From NCBI GenBank assembly GCA_035260845.1, contig DATFUL010000003.1, forward strand, positions 11,067-75,066: a DNA stretch of 64,000 bases. The letters run 5' to 3'. The notes below the pieces were generated by a model. It had not been told where the DNA came from and made no database searches. It was given only the letters and a program-made list of their open reading frames with translations. Positions 45,913 through 56,184 of the stretch are shown here, in pieces; within the stretch, counting starts at the first letter, position 1, and each line of letters begins with the position of its first letter. The position numbers were made by a program, and so were the translations under genes. The stretch comes from Patescibacteria group bacterium (GTDB lineage: Bacteria > Patescibacteriota > Microgenomatia > UBA8517).

Positions 45913-47105
45913 CTTTGCGTATTTAAATAAATTTTATCAAGATATTCACTCATTTTGTCCCAACTGTAATTTTCCTCAACCAACTTTCGCGCATTTTCGG
46001 CAATCCGTTTTGCTTTTTTTGGATCGAGTAATATATCGACAACCCCATCTGCTAATAATTTTGGGGTGTCTCGGACAATAATGTTTAGGCCGTCCTTTGC
46101 TCCCAAACCTTCTGCACCAACTGAAGTGGTTATAAGAGGAAGTTTAGAAGCCATTGCAGCAAAATGTTTTAATCTGGTTCCTCCAGGCCCCTGTAGTGGT
46201 GAAACAAAAACAGAAGATTCGTAATAACATTTACGGATACTCTCCTGGTCATCTTCTTTTAAACTGTCAATAATAATATTTTTTGATCTAAATTTTGAAA
46301 TCTCTTCTGGAATAAACTGGCCAACAATCCATAATTTTGCAGTTTTATTTTTTTCTCGAATAAGTGGAAAGACTTTGTTCAAAAGTAGTTCAGCAGCTTC
46401 AACGTTTTGTAGCCACTTAAAATTTGCAACAAAAAGTATTTTTGGAATTTTATTATTCCAATTTTCTTTTTGTTTAAAAAAATCAAGGTTTACCCCGTTA
46501 GGAACCAGGCCCACATCAAGATTTGGAGCAAGCTTAATCATTTCTTTTTTATCAGCCGCCGATACAGCAACAACCCCATCAGCTTTTTTCCAAAATCTGG
46601 TTTCCCAAAAACGCAACTTTGCAACATCAATCGATAGAACTAATTTCAAAAATGGATTTTTCAGACTTTCAACATAGTGTTTGTAAACCAAATATTCGAT
46701 TGTTTGTTCGACAAGAAGAATTGGGATTTTTGTGTCTGGAATATGAGGCATTACATAAAATGTCTCGGCATGAATTAAATCATACTTATTTATCTTGATT
46801 TCTTCCTTAACAGCTTTTTTTTCTTGAGACGACAGGTTACGGATTACCAAAAATGGATAAGGACCAAATCCAGTCAAAAGTATGTTCCGCAAAGTCCAAG
46901 GTGACTTTGATCTTTTAAAAACCATCACTTTTTTGCAATACTTCTCAAGTTCCACAACAAAACGTTTTTCGGAACTATCTTTTATTAAAGAGAAAAGTGT
47001 GATCTCGTGCTTCTTACTTAAATCACGTATTAAATTATATGAACGGATTTGTCCGCCTGAAGAGTCAGGAAATGGCAAATATGGGGTTAACATTAATATC
47101 TTCAT
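45909..47105 (-). CDS. GT4-family glycosyltransferase
   Basis: C-terminal VFVSPLQGPGGTRLKHFAAMASKLPLITTSVGAEGL (GT4 C-terminal motif), GT-B two-domain length. Confidence 0.75.
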   Translation of the reverse strand: MKILMLTPYLPFPDSSGGQIRSYNLIRDLSKKHEITLFSLIKDSSEKRFVVELEKYCKKVMVFKRSKSPWTLRNILLTGFGPYPFLVIRNLSSQEKKAVKEEIKINKYDLIHAETFYVMPHIPDTKIPILLVEQTIEYLVYKHYVESLKNPFLKLVLSIDVAKLRFWETRFWKKADGVVAVSAADKKEMIKLAPNLDVGLVPNGVNLDFFKQKENWNNKIPKILFVANFKWLQNVEAAELLLNKVFPLIREKNKTAKLWIVGQFIPEEISKFRSKNIIIDSLKEDDQESIRKCYYESSVFVSPLQGPGGTRLKHFAAMASKLPLITTSVGAEGLGAKDGLNIIVRDTPKLLADGVVDILLDPKKAKRIAENARKLVEENYSWDKMSEYLDKIYLNTQR

Positions 47106-48580
47106 TTTGATTTAGATACAGGCTCTGTAAGATTGATTATTATATATTTATCAGTTTTTTCGATTGTCTTGAAGCGAGATTCAATCATTTTTGTGTCAGC
47201 ACTTCCCAAGTCCACTGAAACATAATAACTGGCTCCTTCTTTAATAATATTATCTATTGAATTATCAATTGCGGGCCAACCCTTTCTTTTTGTTTGATAA
47301 AGGAAGGCGGTATCTCCATTATATGGTGCAACAACAATAGAATTTTTTGGCGTAATTTTATCTACCTCATTACCCGCCTCAATAATTTCTGGGTGATTTA
47401 CGATGTAATCGCCTTTAACCTGAAACCAACCCGTAATAAGCATTATTAAAATAGAAAAAATCAGGATCGATCTTGCTAGGATTTTATTAAAAACTTGTTG
47501 ATTCCATAAATAAATACTTCCAGAAGCCAGTGTGAGGGCAATCACGGGAATTACCAATATCTGATAATAGTCGTGCATTACGTTTGCATCAGCAACAAGA
47601 ACTACATAAAAAATAAACCCGGCAAGAAACCAATGAATAAAAAGATTTTTAACTTTAGTGTTTAAAATTCCAAAAACAAATGGGATTAAGCCAAGCGAGC
47701 CAAGAATCAAGTGTCCTAAGCGCTCTCCAAAAATCCAATTCCAATAAGCTGGGTGAAATCTTATTCCGTTGCCGTTAAATGCCCACCAAAAAAGTGGAAT
47801 GCCGGCCGGAAATCTTGATTCCCAAATTCTCCATAGAATAAAGGGTAAAAATGCAATTGCGAAATAAAGTAGTGAATTAAATAAAAGTTTTTTGTTCTTG
47901 AAAATATTCCTAAAGCCATATTTCAGATTAAAAAGATATGCAATTGGAAAAAGATAAAATCCAAGATAAGGCTTAATTAGAAGCATTAAAGCAGCAAAGA
48001 CTGCAGAAAGATATAAATAGGCATTTCCAGAATCATCAAAAAATTTTACAAATGCCCAAATAGAAATTACCCCAAATGTTACTCCCATTGGATCAGGTAA
48101 AATTACACGTGTAAAATAAATATTAAAGGGTATAAACAGATAAAACAAAGCTGATAAAAGCCCGCCAGTACTTCCTAAAAATCTTTTGCCAATTAAATAT
48201 AAAAAGAAAGAAGTGGTAAGTGCAAAAAAAATAGTTATCAATCGTGACCAAACTTCAAGTGATAGTTTGGGAAATGTATTTGTTGATACTGCAGCAATGG
48301 CATTATATATAGGAAACTCAACCATTCTATAGCCATTTGGATTAAAAATACGCGATTGAATACTACTTATGTCGTCAAATTTGGGAATAAGAAGGTTAAT
48401 TCCATTTTGGATATATGTTCGAGTAACTGAAGCCGTGTCCGCTTGGCGCCAGCTATGCCAATCAGCAATTGGGTTATTTATCTTGTAAAGTCTGACAAGA
48501 AAACCAAGAATTAGAATCAATGATAACAAAAAGTACTCTATTTTTTGTGGATTCAGAATATGAATCGATTTATTGTTCAT
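47102..48580 (-). CDS. GT-C-fold membrane glycosyltransferase (PMT/ArnT-like, GT39/GT83-type) that uses a polyprenyl-phosphate-sugar donor
   Basis: About 11-12 TM segments; the first extracytoplasmic loop carries WHSWRQADTASV (an acidic loop motif typical of PMT_2/ArnT-like enzymes); large C-terminal soluble domain. Confidence 0.6.
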   Translation of the reverse strand: MNNKSIHILNPQKIEYFLLSLILILGFLVRLYKINNPIADWHSWRQADTASVTRTYIQNGINLLIPKFDDISSIQSRIFNPNGYRMVEFPIYNAIAAVSTNTFPKLSLEVWSRLITIFFALTTSFFLYLIGKRFLGSTGGLLSALFYLFIPFNIYFTRVILPDPMGVTFGVISIWAFVKFFDDSGNAYLYLSAVFAALMLLIKPYLGFYLFPIAYLFNLKYGFRNIFKNKKLLFNSLLYFAIAFLPFILWRIWESRFPAGIPLFWWAFNGNGIRFHPAYWNWIFGERLGHLILGSLGLIPFVFGILNTKVKNLFIHWFLAGFIFYVVLVADANVMHDYYQILVIPVIALTLASGSIYLWNQQVFNKILARSILIFSILIMLITGWFQVKGDYIVNHPEIIEAGNEVDKITPKNSIVVAPYNGDTAFLYQTKRKGWPAIDNSIDNIIKEGASYYVSVDLGSADTKMIESRFKTIEKTDKYIIINLTEPVSKSK

Positions 48581-49958
48581 TTATATTATTTCTAATCAAA
48601 TATATGGAGTAACCGACCATGAACCAAAATATAGTGGCAAACTTCGATGCTTCGAAAAGATCTATAAATGTAGAACTAATAAAAGTGCCTACTATAGCAC
48701 CCAACATTCCTACTACAAAACCAAGTTCGATAGAAGAAAAGTTGTTTAGATATGGTATTGATTTAATAAACAATTTGCCAATTCTTGCAAATATTAATAT
48801 AAAGGCTAGTAAACCAAGCACGCCAGTTTCCGCAAGCATCCTTAAGAAATCATTATCGGTTGCAAGACCAATCGAAGAATAGCCTGTACCCAAAAGTGGA
48901 TTAACATTAAAGGCGCGTATTGCCGCAGGCCACTCGACATTGACTCTGATTGATGTTGATCTATCTTCAAAAACTGGAATTGGAGTTTGTGTTGCCGCTG
49001 GTAAATTTGACCTAAGAACTGGTAATGCTTGTGTTTCTGCATGAACAATAAAATCATTTTTGAGACTAATAAGTTTTATGGCTTTAATTTTTTGGTAATA
49101 AACATCAATTACTCTACCGAACCTGGCATCCAAACTTGAAGACTGCCCTATTAATAAAAAGCTTATAACAAGAATTACTCCAAGCGCCTTAAATTTTCGA
49201 GCAACAAGAAGCGCAATAGTCACTCCCACAAGGTAAGAAACCTGCGATATTCTGGAAAGTGAATTTATTAAAAGCCAAAGCCCGCCGCCAACTGCTATAA
49301 AAAGCCACACCTTACTCCACTTTTCTTTTATCACAAAAAATAGTGTTATAAAGATAGGAAGAAGCATAACCATAAAAGCAGCGAGGTCATAATGCCCGGC
49401 AAAAGTTGAACTGATATGGCTTCCCGGGGTCCATCTTAAAGCGACACCTTTTGAATACTGATCGTTTTGGGTAATAATTATTGGAAAACTTAAATATCTT
49501 TGCCCAAGGCCGTAAATAAACGCAACAATTGTTACTATAATTAAAATCTTAGTATAGTAAGCCAAGTTCTTTGTAATCTGCTCTTTTGTAAAGAGCGTTA
49601 GAACGGCAAAAAATGGTATTAGATACTCAAGTCTTCTAGCATAATTCAAAATTCCCAAATGCAGTTCAACTGTTTTTGTTAAAAAGACACCTGAAAGAAG
49701 TGAGATTAGGTTAACCCCAAAAAATATCACAAATGCGAGCGTAATTTTGTCCTTAAAAAATGTCTTAAAGTTAGTAATTACTCTAAAAAAAACAATTATT
49801 CCGAGTATTAATAAAAGAAGGTCTTCAAATCTAATAGCGACATAAGTCCCGGGTATTGAAAGTAAAGGAAACTTTGGAAAGAGTGGAACAATGACTAAAA
49901 TTGCAGCCAGCAAATATTTAGGAAGTGTACTTTTAAACCACATATTTATTTTTTCCAT
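48570..49958 (-). CDS. O-antigen ligase/polymerase-like polytopic membrane protein (Wzy_C/WaaL family)
   Basis: About 12 TM segments with one large extracytoplasmic loop in the C-terminal third; no soluble catalytic domain. Family call from topology and context. Confidence 0.5.
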   Translation of the reverse strand: MEKINMWFKSTLPKYLLAAILVIVPLFPKFPLLSIPGTYVAIRFEDLLLLILGIIVFFRVITNFKTFFKDKITLAFVIFFGVNLISLLSGVFLTKTVELHLGILNYARRLEYLIPFFAVLTLFTKEQITKNLAYYTKILIIVTIVAFIYGLGQRYLSFPIIITQNDQYSKGVALRWTPGSHISSTFAGHYDLAAFMVMLLPIFITLFFVIKEKWSKVWLFIAVGGGLWLLINSLSRISQVSYLVGVTIALLVARKFKALGVILVISFLLIGQSSSLDARFGRVIDVYYQKIKAIKLISLKNDFIVHAETQALPVLRSNLPAATQTPIPVFEDRSTSIRVNVEWPAAIRAFNVNPLLGTGYSSIGLATDNDFLRMLAETGVLGLLAFILIFARIGKLFIKSIPYLNNFSSIELGFVVGMLGAIVGTFISSTFIDLFEASKFATIFWFMVGYSIYLIRNNINEQ

Positions 49959-49960
49959 AT

Positions 49961-50560
49961 TTAAATCGTTTTTCCTTTCTTTATTATATTCTTTAAAAAA
50001 TTGACCTCGGGAACAAACGCTAAATAAATTATAGGTATTGAAGCTAAAGTGAAGAGAGTGATTAAAAATCTTACAACTAAACTGCTCGGAACAAATTTTA
50101 TTATAATTTTTTGCCTAAAATGCGTTCCCTCAATAACAATTCTATCTTTATAATCAGTCTCTGAAGGCTCATATCCATTAATGAATACAGTTTCACGCAT
50201 TGGATGAACAATTTCTTGTAAAAATGTGCTTCTAGTCTGATCACGAATTATGCTCCCTGAGTCTTCCGGTGGATAGTTTAAAAGGTAAGTTGGGAGCGGT
50301 AAGTTATGAAAACTTGAGTGTTTAAATTGTTCTTCGTACCAGTTAAGAACTTCGGAACGGGTTGCATCTGTAAAATAAGCCCGTCTAAGAGGACTTTCTG
50401 TATCTGCAGGCTCTTTTGATTCTAGTGAACCTGGAACTGGTTTTGGAAAATCAAAATCAGGAAGCGCAACATAAAAAAGAAGAGTTAAAGAAAAAAGAAT
50501 ATAAATAAAAATTAAGATTTTTTTCATATCAATCGTTTGAGATAATCCTTTCTTCTCCAA
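49961..50560 (-). CDS. Hypothetical protein with N- and C-terminal TM segments
   Basis: Hydropathy only. Confidence 0.4.
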   Translation of the reverse strand: MEKKGLSQTIDMKKILIFIYILFSLTLLFYVALPDFDFPKPVPGSLESKEPADTESPLRRAYFTDATRSEVLNWYEEQFKHSSFHNLPLPTYLLNYPPEDSGSIIRDQTRSTFLQEIVHPMRETVFINGYEPSETDYKDRIVIEGTHFRQKIIIKFVPSSLVVRFLITLFTLASIPIIYLAFVPEVNFLKNIIKKGKTI

Positions 50561-51155
50561 CTACTGTAATTTTACCATCCTCAACTATTATTTCTTCACC
50601 ATTTTTCAATAAATATAATTTATTTCCTTTGTAATTCTTTTTAATTTTTTCGTACAAAGATTCTTCATAATGCGGATAAATGTCAAAATCAACAAGACCA
50701 AGTGGCTTAATATATTCTGACCCCCGCTCTTCATCAATAAAACTCCAACTCGCAATCTCCAGGCTTTGACCTGCAACCATCGAACCAGCGCTTGATCCAA
50801 CATAAAGTGTGCCTTTATCCAAAACATCCTTTAGATTTTGGTCTAGACGGCAACGTCTAACCCAGTACATCAAATATCCAGCCATCCCTCCCGCAAACCA
50901 AACAATATCTTTTCCTACTATCTCCTTTATAACAGAGTCGCTTCTATATTCCTCTAGCTGAACTAATTTAACTTTGACAGGAAGTGTTTGAAGCAGTTTC
51001 CAGGAGCCACTTTCCTTCCAACTTTCCCAACCAGATTCGCCATTAGCCGCAGTTGGAATGTATGCAATTGATTTTCCTTCAAAACCGCCTATATACTCTT
51101 CAAGTTTTTTAATTGATTCAGGGTTTTTTACTTCAGAAGCCAAAAAGAGTTTCAT
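50529..51155 (-). CDS. Peptidase S51-like protein (dipeptidase E / cyanophycinase fold, class I glutamine-amidotransferase-like)
   Basis: VWFAGGMAGYLMYW (GGNT-like) and the nucleophile elbow VGSSAGSMVAG (G-x-S-A-G); 208 aa. Confidence 0.55.
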   Translation of the reverse strand: MKLFLASEVKNPESIKKLEEYIGGFEGKSIAYIPTAANGESGWESWKESGSWKLLQTLPVKVKLVQLEEYRSDSVIKEIVGKDIVWFAGGMAGYLMYWVRRCRLDQNLKDVLDKGTLYVGSSAGSMVAGQSLEIASWSFIDEERGSEYIKPLGLVDFDIYPHYEESLYEKIKKNYKGNKLYLLKNGEEIIVEDGKITVVGEERIISND

Positions 51156-51158
51156 AAA

Positions 51159-51755
51159 CTATTGGAAAAGCCTAGCCCTTCCTAATTTATAACTTGGATT
51201 TTTATTCTTACGCTCACCAATAATTTTTGCTGGAACCCCGCCAACGATGGCAAAATCAGGAACATCTTTTGTGACAACTGCTCCAGCTGCGACAACCGAT
51301 CCGCGACCAACCTTAACGCCAGGCAAAATTATTGCGCGGGGCCCTATAAAAACATAGTCTTCAATTGTTACAGGTTCTGTTCGCGCTTCAAAGTTTTCTT
51401 TTTCCAGATCATGCTCGGAGTTATAAATCATAACACTTGAAGCCATATCAACATGATTTCCAATAGTAAGTTTCGCCCTTCCATCTAAAAACACATGGTC
51501 CCCTATAATTGTGTCGTCACCTATCAATATTCCAGTCGGATCAAAAAAGTTTGCCCACATATGTACTACTGAGCCCTTTCCAATTTTCATCCCTGAAAGA
51601 ATGTAGAAAAATTTTCTAATTGTGTGAAATGGAACATGCGAAACCCACCTTAAAACCATAAGTTCAAAATCCAAAAAGTAATTATAAAAACGATTGAATA
51701 TTTTTGGAATTGCCTGATTAATAGTTAGTTTTTTACCTGTTTTGTCAGTAAACAT
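51159..51755 (-). CDS. Hexapeptide-repeat (LbH) sugar O-acetyltransferase
   Basis: Repeated [LIV]-G-x-x-x-x hexapeptides: IGDDTIIGDHVFLDG, IGPRAIILPGVKVGRGSVVAAGAVVTKDVP, VGGVPAKIIGER. Confidence 0.8.
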   Translation of the reverse strand: MFTDKTGKKLTINQAIPKIFNRFYNYFLDFELMVLRWVSHVPFHTIRKFFYILSGMKIGKGSVVHMWANFFDPTGILIGDDTIIGDHVFLDGRAKLTIGNHVDMASSVMIYNSEHDLEKENFEARTEPVTIEDYVFIGPRAIILPGVKVGRGSVVAAGAVVTKDVPDFAIVGGVPAKIIGERKNKNPSYKLGRARLFQ

Positions 51756-51756
51756 T

Positions 51757-52929
51757 TTATTTTATAAAATGTTTGGCCACCTGCTGGTGGTGAACATCTT
51801 TAATAATTTTTAGAGTCTCACGGGCTGTCTTTTCCCAAGAAAACTTTTTAGCCTGTAAAACTCCTCTCTTAACCATACTATTATATTCCAAGTTGCCCAT
51901 AGAAAGCACCTGGGCTATTCCACGCGCGATACTGGTTGTGCTTTTAGGATCAACCAAAATCCCCGCGTCTCCAACCACCTCCGGAAGTGAACCCACATCG
52001 CTTACAACAGCAGGGACACCACTAGCCATAGCGTTTAAGACATCGAGTCCGAACCCTTCCCAAAAAGAAGGCAGTACAAATACGCGAGCGCCCTTAACTA
52101 ATCCGGCTTTATCTTCCTCAGGGATAAAATCAGTAAATATTACTCTTTTCGCGAGATCAAGATTTTCGACTTTCTTAAATATAGAATCAAACATCCATCC
52201 TTTCTTTCCAGCAATAACTAATTTAATATTTTTGGTAATTGGTAATTGATAATTGGTAATGACAGCCTGAAAGGCAGTTAGCAACCCTTCTATATTTTTA
52301 CTTGGCTTCAAAGTGCCAATATATAGAATATAGTCATCAACTATGGAGTATTTACTTTTTACACGTCGCACATCCTTATCAGGTATGTCCAAGTTGAACT
52401 GGCTATGGTCATATGCGAGATGGGTAACTCTAGTTTTATCAGATGCTAATGGGTAATGTCGTACAATATCGTTCTTTGTACTGTTTGATATAGCAATGAC
52501 CGCTTTTGATACAAATATACTGATAGCAGTCCACAACTTTAACTGCCAAAAGTCTTTTTTTGTAAATTGTCCCGAATATTCGAGGTAACCAAGGTCCATA
52601 ATTGAACAGACTGTAGGCATTGTGGTTACTGGTGGTAAGTAGTGACTTGGTGAGAAGAAAACATTAGGCTTAGGTTTACCAAAAATCAGAGATGGCATGA
52701 GCTTTTTTAAAATCCACATTCCGCCGCCCGGAATAATTTTATATCTAAAGTTCGCAGTTTCTTCGGGCATATCGGGCAACGGTTTTTCTTTTAGGTAAAT
52801 TATCAATGAATCTTCAACTTTCCATTCATCCTGTAGTTTCCAGAGATTTCGAATCAACTCATAGGCATAAGTATTAACACCTACCCGATATTTAACATTA
52901 GCCTCGTTGCCATCAATACCAATTATCAT
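51757..52929 (-). CDS. GT4-family glycosyltransferase
   Basis: C-terminal VFVLPSFWEGFGLDVLNAMASGVPAVVSDVGSLPEVVGDAG (EX7E). Confidence 0.8.
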   Translation of the reverse strand: MIIGIDGNEANVKYRVGVNTYAYELIRNLWKLQDEWKVEDSLIIYLKEKPLPDMPEETANFRYKIIPGGGMWILKKLMPSLIFGKPKPNVFFSPSHYLPPVTTMPTVCSIMDLGYLEYSGQFTKKDFWQLKLWTAISIFVSKAVIAISNSTKNDIVRHYPLASDKTRVTHLAYDHSQFNLDIPDKDVRRVKSKYSIVDDYILYIGTLKPSKNIEGLLTAFQAVITNYQLPITKNIKLVIAGKKGWMFDSIFKKVENLDLAKRVIFTDFIPEEDKAGLVKGARVFVLPSFWEGFGLDVLNAMASGVPAVVSDVGSLPEVVGDAGILVDPKSTTSIARGIAQVLSMGNLEYNSMVKRGVLQAKKFSWEKTARETLKIIKDVHHQQVAKHFIK

Positions 52930-54011
52930 TGTTGGGCCTCCTTATCAGCAATTGACGCTTCCCGATATACATCTAATGTCATCTTGGCAGTTTTCTCCCA
53001 AGAAAAATCTTTTACGCGCCTAAGTCCTTTATCTATATAAGCCTTTGGGCCTCTAATAACCTTTTCTATGCCCTCTGTAATCGACTCTATACTTGTTGGG
53101 TCTACTAATATGGCCGCATTCCCTGCAACCTCACTCATACTGGATATATTAGATGTAACTACAGGGACACTGCAGTTAAAAGCATCCAAAATTGGGATTC
53201 CAAAACCTTCATAAAGAGAAGCAAATAGTAACCCACTCGATCCTGACAACAGGGCAGCTAAGTCATTAGAATCAACATGTCCCAAGAATCTTACGTTTCT
53301 CTCTACGGGGAATTCGATTCCGCTTGGACGGCCAACTACTATTAATTTTAGATCTTTTCCTGGTCGTGCTAAATGGAATGATTTGACAATAGCCTTGGTA
53401 TTTTTAAGCCTTGTTGCGCCAATAGAAATTAAGTAGTCGCCAACAATGCCATATTTTGACTTTACTGAATCAATTAAAGAATCGTTCGGCCTTGTTAGAG
53501 TTGGTGCTTCAGGGATAACTCTAATTAGATTTTCAGATAAACCAATCTCAAGAAGATCATTTTTAGTGGAATTTGAGGGAACTATTATTCTTTTGCTTTC
53601 CTGAAAAACCCAACTCAATCTTCGCTTATGCACATCACGCACCACTCCATTTATTAATTTAGGGAATTTGATTGGATATAAGTCGTGTATGGTTGTAACT
53701 TTAAAAGCGCTAGAAGGTGGCTCCGACCAATCAGAAGAGTGGAAGACATCAATATTACCAATAAATTTCTCGATTGGAAACATATGCAGCCTATTCCAAA
53801 TCACGTCGGCCAACATTGGCGGAATTGGAAAGACTTTGGTTGTCGGAAGTAGTGAAAGAATATCTGCTTTTCTTCTCAAACTCCCTGCAAAGAGTACATA
53901 TTCATTGTTATGGTCTAGGCGAAGCAGGTTTTCAACCAAATTTTTTGTGTACACAGAAACACCTGTCCCATACACAACTTGACTGACATCAATTCCAACA
54001 CGCATAATCAA
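52926..54011 (-). CDS. GT4-family glycosyltransferase
   Basis: C-terminal LLFASLYEGFGIPILDAFNCSVPVVTSNISSMSEVAGNAA (EX7E). Confidence 0.8.
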   Translation of the reverse strand: MIMRVGIDVSQVVYGTGVSVYTKNLVENLLRLDHNNEYVLFAGSLRRKADILSLLPTTKVFPIPPMLADVIWNRLHMFPIEKFIGNIDVFHSSDWSEPPSSAFKVTTIHDLYPIKFPKLINGVVRDVHKRRLSWVFQESKRIIVPSNSTKNDLLEIGLSENLIRVIPEAPTLTRPNDSLIDSVKSKYGIVGDYLISIGATRLKNTKAIVKSFHLARPGKDLKLIVVGRPSGIEFPVERNVRFLGHVDSNDLAALLSGSSGLLFASLYEGFGIPILDAFNCSVPVVTSNISSMSEVAGNAAILVDPTSIESITEGIEKVIRGPKAYIDKGLRRVKDFSWEKTAKMTLDVYREASIADKEAQQ

Positions 54012-54049
54012 ATCTCCTTTCTTCGTAGCAAACTTTGCTTATAAGCATA

Positions 54050-55351
54050 TTATTTAGTATATTTTCGAAAAATCACCCCGTTAAAGTTAAATTCCTCGAA
54101 TCTATTATAACCCAGATTCTCTATCTTCTTGCGTACGGAGTCCGTCGGATCAAATATCTCCCAGACATACCTTGATAGCCAGACTTCCGGCTCTTTGCCA
54201 CTAATTTTACTTATATCAACAATCTGCATTTCTTTACCATAATAAATCAATGCTTCTTTTTGAGAATTTGAAGGAGTAATAATTTTACTGTTTCCTATTG
54301 TTTTAGCGGCCAATCTCCAGTCTTCTCTATAAAATTTGGGGGTAAATAAATAATAAAACGATGTTGCAAGATTGATAAGAATAATTATACTAAGAAGGAT
54401 ATTTTTATACCTTCCTGATTTTTCAACTCCGCTAGCAACTAAAATATAAAAAGCAGGTAAGCAAAAAAGAAAACGAAAATAAGACAGTATTGGAATTTCA
54501 AAAGAGACCGCAATCCCAATAAAAATTGGTATTACTAGCCACGCCCAAACCAAATTTGAGCTTTTACGTGCTTTATAAAGGAGGTATCCAAAAATTAAGA
54601 CTAAAAATACAATAATCGCACTATAGATCAGTTTATTTTCAAAACCAACTCTGCCTATTATAAACTTAACAGGGATTAACGCTATATTTTTGTAACTCAA
54701 TTCCCCCAGTGTTCTCCACCAGCCAATAAACGTTGATACAGACTTTGTCCCCCCTAAGAGTTGTTCTAAAAATATGGATTTCCAGACTGTGAAAAAAATA
54801 AGAAGTGGGGTCAAAGAAACTAAAATTTTTTTCCAATCTTTAATTCCAAAAAATAAAAATATTGGAATTATAAATAAGGCTACATAATCCGTCATTCCCA
54901 AAAACATTAATGCTAGCGAAAATAAAATCCATTTTTTATTAATAAATAAATATATTAATGTGGTGACCAAAAAAGCTGCCAACATATACATTCTTGCTTC
55001 CTGAGAATAGTAAATAAAAAGACCAGAAGTAGAAACCAACAAGCTAGAGATTAACCCTACTTTTTGATCGAATATCTTTTTAGCAATTAAATAGGTTAAG
55101 TATATTGTTCCCAAACCAAAAATTATTGACGGAACCCGAAGAGTAATTTCTGAAAAACCAAACGTGCTAGCCCAGAACTTGAGAATAAGATAGTAAAGAG
55201 GAGGGTGAAAGTCTCCAGGTAGAAATTTTGTAAAAATATCGTGTACAGACATCCTAGCGACAAGCGCTGTAGTCGCCTCATCTAACCATAGCGATTGATT
55301 TATTGAAATAAGTCTAAGAACAAAACCGGCCAAAAGTATTAAATAGATCAT
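54050..55351 (-). CDS. GT-C-fold membrane glycosyltransferase, PMT/ArnT (GT39/GT83)-like
   Basis: About 11 TM segments; the conserved acidic DE motif in the first loop (SLWLDEATTALVA) of the type required for catalysis in PMT/ArnT enzymes. Confidence 0.65.
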   Translation of the reverse strand: MIYLILLAGFVLRLISINQSLWLDEATTALVARMSVHDIFTKFLPGDFHPPLYYLILKFWASTFGFSEITLRVPSIIFGLGTIYLTYLIAKKIFDQKVGLISSLLVSTSGLFIYYSQEARMYMLAAFLVTTLIYLFINKKWILFSLALMFLGMTDYVALFIIPIFLFFGIKDWKKILVSLTPLLIFFTVWKSIFLEQLLGGTKSVSTFIGWWRTLGELSYKNIALIPVKFIIGRVGFENKLIYSAIIVFLVLIFGYLLYKARKSSNLVWAWLVIPIFIGIAVSFEIPILSYFRFLFCLPAFYILVASGVEKSGRYKNILLSIIILINLATSFYYLFTPKFYREDWRLAAKTIGNSKIITPSNSQKEALIYYGKEMQIVDISKISGKEPEVWLSRYVWEIFDPTDSVRKKIENLGYNRFEEFNFNGVIFRKYTK

Positions 55352-56184
55352 TTTGAAGACTTTCCGCCAAACAATACTTCCAAAATACCAATAGAAATTC
55401 CTAAATCGTAAACTACTTTAAATACAACAAAAGAATATACATTAGATAGAATTGCCTTATATATTCCTATTAGAATTGATACAGGCAGCGACGATCTTAC
55501 TAGCGCAACAATATACCCCAAACTCCCAAGTTTATATTTTCTTTTTCCCACCCATTTTGCATGCTTAAATATTTCAATTAAATTCGACGGATTTTTATGA
55601 TAAAAAATCGCATCCGGTGCATTTATTGCCTCGTAACCTAACTTTTGAGACAAACTCCAATCGTCATCATAACCCCCAGGAGTAAAACCATTAACTCTTT
55701 CAAATTCACTTTTAAGAATTGCGCGAAAGACGGGTTGGGTATCTGGGTAATTCTTTACATGCCGTCTTTTATTTTCCCAATTCTCGTTTATGTTCCAACA
55801 TTTTGCCCAATTATTTTCCCAATTTGACACATATTCTTCTTTACTAAAAGTGCCTTTTATGTCTCCGTCTTTGATCGGTTTGATAAGTGCGCGAAGAAAG
55901 TTTTTATCAAAAGTCATGTCAGCATCAACAAAAACCAAAATTTCACCTTTTGAGTTCTTCACCCCGAAATTTCTTGCGGCGCCAGCACCTTTGTGATTTT
56001 GTTTAAAAAAATGAAAAATCGAAATTGTTTTTTTAAGGTTTATTAAAATTTCGTCGGTACCATCACGGCTTCCGTCATCAATAACAATAATTTCAAAATC
56101 TTTTTCTGTTTGATATCCCAACGACTCTATACACTTTTCCAAAACTTCTTTTTCGTTATATGTGGGAATTATTACAGAAATCAT
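55348..56184 (-). CDS. GT2 glycosyltransferase with C-terminal TM helices. Candidate polyprenyl-phosphate sugar synthase (DPM1/GtrB/ArnC-like).
   Basis: VIIPTYNE...IIVIDDGSRDGT, DXD as VDAD, followed by two C-terminal TM segments. It sits between two GT-C-type membrane proteins. Confidence 0.7.
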   Translation of the reverse strand: MISVIIPTYNEKEVLEKCIESLGYQTEKDFEIIVIDDGSRDGTDEILINLKKTISIFHFFKQNHKGAGAARNFGVKNSKGEILVFVDADMTFDKNFLRALIKPIKDGDIKGTFSKEEYVSNWENNWAKCWNINENWENKRRHVKNYPDTQPVFRAILKSEFERVNGFTPGGYDDDWSLSQKLGYEAINAPDAIFYHKNPSNLIEIFKHAKWVGKRKYKLGSLGYIVALVRSSLPVSILIGIYKAILSNVYSFVVFKVVYDLGISIGILEVLFGGKSSK

